Shown here piece by piece: positions 14,806 through 19,687 of a stretch of DNA of 19,687 bases (its first letter is position 1; every line of letters starts with the position of its first letter). The notes under the pieces are model-generated. The model had not been told where the DNA came from, made no database searches, and saw only the letters and a list, made by a program, of their open reading frames with translations. The position numbers were made by a program, and so were the translations under genes. The stretch is from Bdellovibrionota bacterium (GTDB lineage: Bacteria > Bdellovibrionota > UBA1018 > UBA923): assembly GCA_040754655.1 (NCBI GenBank), contig JBFMCE010000075.1, forward strand, positions 1 through 19,687, given 5' to 3'.

Positions 14806-16386
14806 ATGAGCGCTGTAGTTGCTGGATTCCTTTTCATTTCGTTTCTTACGGCTTCGGTTTCGGCGTGGGCAAACGGACCTCTTACAGGCTCTCCTCTGAA
14901 GTGCGCTAAGCTTTTGGATCCTACTGTGCTTGCGACAAAAAAATGGACCTCTTCAAAAGCTCATCCAGTCGTCTCAGCTTCAACTCTGTCAACACACACA
15001 ATTGAAAATATCATCCGATTATCAAGTAAGAAATTCGCTCTTCAAAGCATTCATCCTGAAAATGGCGACTTTGCCGCCAAACCAGTTGAGTTCGAGGCGC
15101 GCTCGGAAAAGTCGGAAATCGTAGGATTTCACGATCAACCCCGAGAAGGCTATTTCGCAGTGATCGAAAAAATGGAAACGGGCACTGAAGTTCGTGTGCT
15201 TTCGCGTACCACCGGCGCGCCCTTTAGTGAGAAGGCGACCAGAGCCTTTGAGAAACCGGTAAGTTTCATCACCGGTTTTTCTGAAGGCGCGCACCGTGCC
15301 TTGATCGTAGTTGAAGGCAATCAAGTCCATATACTGAAACCAGAAGACCTCGCCTTTGACATCCGAGAGCGCCACTCTACTCGCACGCTGGAAACAGTGG
15401 AACCCATCAACGGGATCCTATTCTATAAGTCGCTTGATGTCGGGGTTCTTGTCGCCTCCACTCCGTCGGTCCTTCACAAGTGGGACCTGTCGATCAACAA
15501 AAACAGATCAAAACTTGAAACGCTGGCGGCGCTTCCTGCACCACGAGGAACCCATTTCGCCGGCGTTGCCGGAGGCGTTTTAGCAACAGGCGATCAAGTC
15601 ATTTGGGCTCTGGGCGCTGAGGCGCGTTCAGTCACCCTGTATAAGGTTGATCAGAAGACCCGGAGGCTTAGCCAAACAGGCACTCACGCCCTAAATTCGT
15701 ACACGACGGTTCCATCGCTTTCTCATCTTCCTCCGAAGCGCAATCTTCAGGCTTTTGTCGCCGACGGAAAGCTTTATGGGGTGATGGTGTCTTCTCACGG
15801 CGTCGCTGAGATCTATGATTTCGTCGCTGAATCACAGCCGCACGAAGGAATCGCTGAACCCCTGAAACCGATAAAGAGGCTCGCGCTCGATCAAAAACTC
15901 ACCGCCGCGGGAGTTGCGATTGAATTAGTGAAAACAAAACAGGCCGCGCTTTTGCTGCCGACTGAAACGGGGCTCGTAGCGGTCAATTTATCGCAAGAGA
16001 TCGGTGATATCGCCATCACCAAACCGGCCAACCTAACTTCCTCTAAAAATCAGGTTGAGGTCTTGGGATACAGTCTAGAAGCGGGCATTGGTTTCAATGG
16101 CGTTCCGGGAAACCGTTTTCAATTGGTTCAACGCTACCGTATTCCGAACGGATCCAATGAGCACGAGTATCAAATGAAAATGGAAGTCGTAAGTCGTGAA
16201 GACGCCGAGAATGGCTCGGTCGAGATCAAAGCGCGTGACCTCGAGAATTCAAGCATGGTCGTTGTTCGTTCTTTTCCCGAGCAACGAGAAGACGGTTCAA
16301 GATTGACTCTTGAATTTGAAGACCAAAGCATCGCCAGTTCAGTCACAGCCCTAAGGCTTGCCACACCGGAAAAAACTGCCCGTTGA
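14806..16386 (+). CDS. Secreted hypothetical protein, possibly a beta-propeller
   Basis: 526-aa ORF with an AAGGGG RBS and a signal peptide ending AWA. Repeated short beta-strand motifs (VHILK, LHKWDL, VTLYKV, AEIYDF). No family recognised. Confidence 0.65.
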   Translation: MSAVVAGFLFISFLTASVSAWANGPLTGSPLKCAKLLDPTVLATKKWTSSKAHPVVSASTLSTHTIENIIRLSSKKFALQSIHPENGDFAAKPVEFEARSEKSEIVGFHDQPREGYFAVIEKMETGTEVRVLSRTTGAPFSEKATRAFEKPVSFITGFSEGAHRALIVVEGNQVHILKPEDLAFDIRERHSTRTLETVEPINGILFYKSLDVGVLVASTPSVLHKWDLSINKNRSKLETLAALPAPRGTHFAGVAGGVLATGDQVIWALGAEARSVTLYKVDQKTRRLSQTGTHALNSYTTVPSLSHLPPKRNLQAFVADGKLYGVMVSSHGVAEIYDFVAESQPHEGIAEPLKPIKRLALDQKLTAAGVAIELVKTKQAALLLPTETGLVAVNLSQEIGDIAITKPANLTSSKNQVEVLGYSLEAGIGFNGVPGNRFQLVQRYRIPNGSNEHEYQMKMEVVSREDAENGSVEIKARDLENSSMVVVRSFPEQREDGSRLTLEFEDQSIASSVTALRLATPEKTAR

Positions 16387-16422
16387 TTTTTTATCTCGAG
16401 ATGACGATCCCACGTCTTAGAT

Positions 16423-18831
16423 ATGGCAAAACCGGCAAAAGCAAAGAAGGCAAGCGCTTCCCCTGCCCGTGTGAAGTCAAACGCCAAGCCACTCCGTGCG
16501 CTTGTAATCGTTGAGTCACCCAGCAAGGCGAAGACCATTAAAAAGTATCTGGGTTCGGGCTACACGGTGAAAGCGAGCGTGGGCCACATCAAAGACCTGC
16601 CTAAGTCAAAACTAGGGGTCGACGTCGATAAAAGCTTCAAACCAGATTATCAAATCATCAAAGGCAAAGACAAAGTCGTCGAAGACCTGAAGAAGGCCAG
16701 CGCAGACGTCACCCATATTTACCTTGCTCCAGACCCTGACCGCGAAGGTGAAGCTATCGCATGGCATATGGCCGAAGAGCTTCCTAAAAAAGGGAAAAAA
16801 ATTTATCGCGTCTTGTTCAATTCGATCACGAAGCCAGCGATTCTTGAGGCGATCAAGAACCCTGTGCCTTTGGACGAGAACAAATACCATTCGCAACAAG
16901 CGAGACGAGTGCTTGACCGCCTTGTGGGTTATAAGATCAGCCCTCTACTTTGGGATAAGGTTCGCCGAGGTCTTTCGGCCGGCAGAGTGCAATCGGTCGC
17001 TGTAAGGCTGGTGGTCGAGAGAGAAGAAGAAATCAAGGTCTTCAAGCCGATCGAGTATTGGTCGCTTGGCGTGGTCTTCGAGAAGAACGCAAAGCCTTTC
17101 GTCGCAAGGCTCGCCAAAATTGACCGCGAAAACCCTGAGCTTCATGACGAGAAAACAGTGACGACTTTGATCGATGAGATCAAGAAGACTTCGTTCACGG
17201 TATCAAGCGTGGTGACCCGTGAGCGCCAACGAAAACCGCTGGCGCCCTTCATCACCTCCCGGCTTCAACAAGATGCTTCGAGCCGCTATGGATTTTCGGC
17301 CAAGAAAACGATGACGCTTGCGCAGAAGCTTTACGAAGGGGTCGACCTCGGAGACTTGGGGACTCACGGTCTGATCACCTATATGCGTACCGACTCGGTG
17401 AGGATCAGCCCCGAGGCCCTTGCTGAAGCGAGGGCTTTCATCGAGAAAACTTATGGCAAACAAAACCTGCCGCAAGAACCCGTCGTTTATAAAAGCAAGA
17501 AGAGCGCCCAAGACGCGCACGAAGCGATTCGCCCGGCAAGCTTGGAGTTTCGCCCTGAAGTCGTCGAAAAATTTCTCGATAAAGACGAGTTTCGGATTTA
17601 TCAGCTGATCTGGAACAGGTTCCTGGCCTGCCAGATGGTGCCTGCGGTTTACGATCAGACCACCATGGAACTTGTCACGAAAACCAAGAGCAACCGTGAG
17701 GTCTTACTGCGTGTTACGGGGTCAAACCTCAAGTTCGCGGGCTTCACTTTGGTGTATACCGAAGAGCGCACAGAGGCGACTGAACCTAAGAATGAAAGTG
17801 ACGAGGCTGCCGAAGAATCCACTGAAACCGCGCAAGAGCTTCCTCAACTCAAAGAAGGCGAGACTGAGAAGCCGCGCGAGTTCAAGCCTCAACAGCACTT
17901 CACCCAACCTCCTCCGCGATTTTCAGACGCGGGGCTCATTCGCGAACTCGAGGAAAAAGGGATCGGACGCCCCTCGACTTACGCCACGATTTTGAGCAAT
18001 ATCCAAGACAGAGAGTACGTCGAGAAACGCGAGAACCGCTACTATCCCAGCGAGCTCGGCATCGTGGTGACCGATCTGTTGAAACAGGCGTTTCCTGAAA
18101 TCATGGACGTCGCTTTCACCGCTGAAATGGAAGAGCAGCTTGACCGCGTCGAAGAAGGAAAAACCGACTGGGTCAAGATGATGAAGGCCTTCTGGAAGCC
18201 TTTTTCAAAGACGCTTGAGTCTGCGAAGAAGACGATGAAGGACATCAAGCACCAAGAGATCCCGACCGAGCACAAGTGCGAAAAGTGCGAGTCGATAACC
18301 GTGATCAAATGGGGCAAGCTTGGGCAATTCATCGCATGCTCAAGATATCCTGAATGCAAACACACGGCGGAGTTCAAGAAAGACGAGACAGGAAAAATCA
18401 TTCTCCTGCCTCGGGAAAAAAGCGACAAACTTTGCGAGAAGTGCCAATCGGCGATGCTCGTGAAGACCGGAAGGTTTGGAAAGTTTTTGGCCTGTGAACG
18501 TTATCCTGACTGCAAAAGCACTCAGAGCATCACGACGGGCATTGCCTGCCCGAAATGCGTTGACGGCGAACTCGCCCAGCGCATGTCGCGCTACAGACGC
18601 TACTTTTATGGCTGCAATAAATACCCGAAATGCAATTACGCTTTGTGGGACAAGCCCGTGGCAAAGCCATGCCCCAAGTGCAAACATCCCATTCTCGCAG
18701 AGAAGATCACGAAAAGAGATGGGGCGTTTTTAAAATGCCCTGAAAAAGGTTGTGACCATCGCGAGGCCATCGAACAACCGGCTGAGCCGCAACAAGCAAC
18801 TCCGCCTGTCACTCCGGCCAAAGTTGCTTAG
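16423..18831 (+). CDS. topA: DNA topoisomerase I (type IA)
   Basis: LVIVESPSKAKTI, DPDREGEAI, SAGRVQS, catalytic LITYMRTDS, AQDAHEAIRP, GIGRPSTY, and C-terminal C4 zinc ribbons. Confidence 0.98.
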   Translation: MAKPAKAKKASASPARVKSNAKPLRALVIVESPSKAKTIKKYLGSGYTVKASVGHIKDLPKSKLGVDVDKSFKPDYQIIKGKDKVVEDLKKASADVTHIYLAPDPDREGEAIAWHMAEELPKKGKKIYRVLFNSITKPAILEAIKNPVPLDENKYHSQQARRVLDRLVGYKISPLLWDKVRRGLSAGRVQSVAVRLVVEREEEIKVFKPIEYWSLGVVFEKNAKPFVARLAKIDRENPELHDEKTVTTLIDEIKKTSFTVSSVVTRERQRKPLAPFITSRLQQDASSRYGFSAKKTMTLAQKLYEGVDLGDLGTHGLITYMRTDSVRISPEALAEARAFIEKTYGKQNLPQEPVVYKSKKSAQDAHEAIRPASLEFRPEVVEKFLDKDEFRIYQLIWNRFLACQMVPAVYDQTTMELVTKTKSNREVLLRVTGSNLKFAGFTLVYTEERTEATEPKNESDEAAEESTETAQELPQLKEGETEKPREFKPQQHFTQPPPRFSDAGLIRELEEKGIGRPSTYATILSNIQDREYVEKRENRYYPSELGIVVTDLLKQAFPEIMDVAFTAEMEEQLDRVEEGKTDWVKMMKAFWKPFSKTLESAKKTMKDIKHQEIPTEHKCEKCESITVIKWGKLGQFIACSRYPECKHTAEFKKDETGKIILLPREKSDKLCEKCQSAMLVKTGRFGKFLACERYPDCKSTQSITTGIACPKCVDGELAQRMSRYRRYFYGCNKYPKCNYALWDKPVAKPCPKCKHPILAEKITKRDGAFLKCPEKGCDHREAIEQPAEPQQATPPVTPAKVA

Positions 18832-18912
18832 GCCGTGTTTTTTGCGGCGAGAGAGCGCAAACTCCGATTGGCGCTCGCGAAACAAAGAGACCCAGTCGCA
18901 GCGGTAGAGCTT

Positions 18913-19686
18913 TTACTTCCTCAAGCGAAGCTGCTTGTAATACTGTTCAGTATACCACCTCGCAGCGAGACCTGTGTTTGAGAGCGCTTCGAATTGCAGG
19001 GAATAAAGCTCTTCCCTAGGGTTCACGTAGCTTGAGTTTTTTGCGAGCTTCTCGTAATCCACTTTCGAACCTTTGCCGATATCAACGCCTTCTGTCAAAA
19101 GCTCGTCTTTCATGAGCTTACCCTGAGCCCTGACGACAGCAGACGCGAGACGCGAACTGACTGCGGCGAGTTCACGTATGCGTTCAGACAAGCGCGGCGT
19201 TTCTTCCAATCCTAGGGCTTCGTTGAGACCTCGAGAAGGTTTGGGCACGCGAAAAGCCAACTCAAGCCCAGATTCCGATGAACTTGAGGCGAGCAATAGA
19301 TCGGTATAATCTTCAAAAGAGAGGTGGTAATTCGAAACGCGCCTCGTGGTTTCCCGCACCGTCGCTTCCCATCCGTCTCGAATCAGGGTCATTATCGGTA
19401 GAAGCCTGAAGCTTGCGAACTGGCTTGCATGGTAAGGCTGACTCAAGTCTTGCACGTAGTGCAGGCCCCAACCCAAAAACCGGTGGGCCCAGAAGGCATG
19501 GCCCGCCTTGCCTGCCTGAAGCGCGAGCTTGAAATACAATGCGGCTCGATCAGGAGCTTGTCCCATTTCATGCAAAGGAAAATGGAAGGTAACAAGAGGT
19601 TCCATTAAGCTCCAGGCTCTATAGAACATATGCCTGAACCCCTGGCTTGAAGAACCCGTAAAACCTCCCATGTACTTTTGGTCCGG
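18913..19686 (-). CDS. Zinc-dependent phospholipase C / P1 nuclease-fold protein (partial, 5' end outside the window)
   Basis: RH, FLGWGLHYVQDLSQPYHA and NYHLSFE match the H-x3-D-x4/5-H...H-x3-E trinuclear Zn ligand pattern. The frame is open to the window edge. Confidence 0.75.
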   Translation of the reverse strand, partial: PDQKYMGGFTGSSSQGFRHMFYRAWSLMEPLVTFHFPLHEMGQAPDRAALYFKLALQAGKAGHAFWAHRFLGWGLHYVQDLSQPYHASQFASFRLLPIMTLIRDGWEATVRETTRRVSNYHLSFEDYTDLLLASSSSESGLELAFRVPKPSRGLNEALGLEETPRLSERIRELAAVSSRLASAVVRAQGKLMKDELLTEGVDIGKGSKVDYEKLAKNSSYVNPREELYSLQFEALSNTGLAARWYTEQYYKQLRLRK

Positions 19687-19687
19687 C

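Noticed and set aside
385..18821. Many 60-180 aa antisense or alternate-frame ORFs (e.g. 1811-2347, 3028-3459, 6542-6973, 9228-9651, 18042-18428)
   Set aside because: They lie over well-supported genes and show no recognisable motifs; treated as shadow ORFs.
18832..18912. Short stems between topA and the convergent PLC-like gene (GCCG/CGGC; GAGCGC 18853-18858 with GCGCTC 18871-18876)
   Set aside because: Long loops and no clear U-tract; too weak to call a terminator.
1..19687. CRISPR arrays, tRNA/rRNA genes, IS elements, prophage or defence genes
   Set aside because: No regularly spaced repeats, cloverleaf or rRNA signatures, or transposase/integrase motifs were seen, and the intergenic gaps are short.

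Overview
Gene-dense, roughly 50% GC bacterial chromosome segment with 17 probable CDSs, two cut by the window edges. A TIGR02147 protein, a DUF4911-tldD pair, cpoB-LysM-dprA-topA and secreted orphans suggest Bdellovibrionota or a related deltaproteobacterial lineage (inference). Order: end of a membrane protein; tocopherol-cyclase-like protein (+); small membrane protein and an apparent TadB-TadC fusion (-); TerB-like protein (+); TIGR02147 regulator coupled to a large secreted HExxH protein (-); operon DUF4911-tldD-yjbQ-MFS/spermidine-synthase-like fusion (-); cpoB, LysM protein, dprA, secreted orphan, topA (+); partial Zn-dependent phospholipase C/P1 nuclease-like gene (-). No rRNA, tRNA, CRISPR array or transposase was seen. 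Best leads: (1) near-consensus sigma54 -24/-12 elements just upstream of both the lone TadBC fusion and dprA, suggesting a dispersed sigma54-driven Tad-type DNA-uptake regulon; (2) a palindrome / secreted zinc-metalloprotease-like orphan / TIGR02147 module; (3) a structured element with competing hairpins upstream of the MFS/SAM-enzyme fusion. All family calls are by eye from motifs, with no database search.
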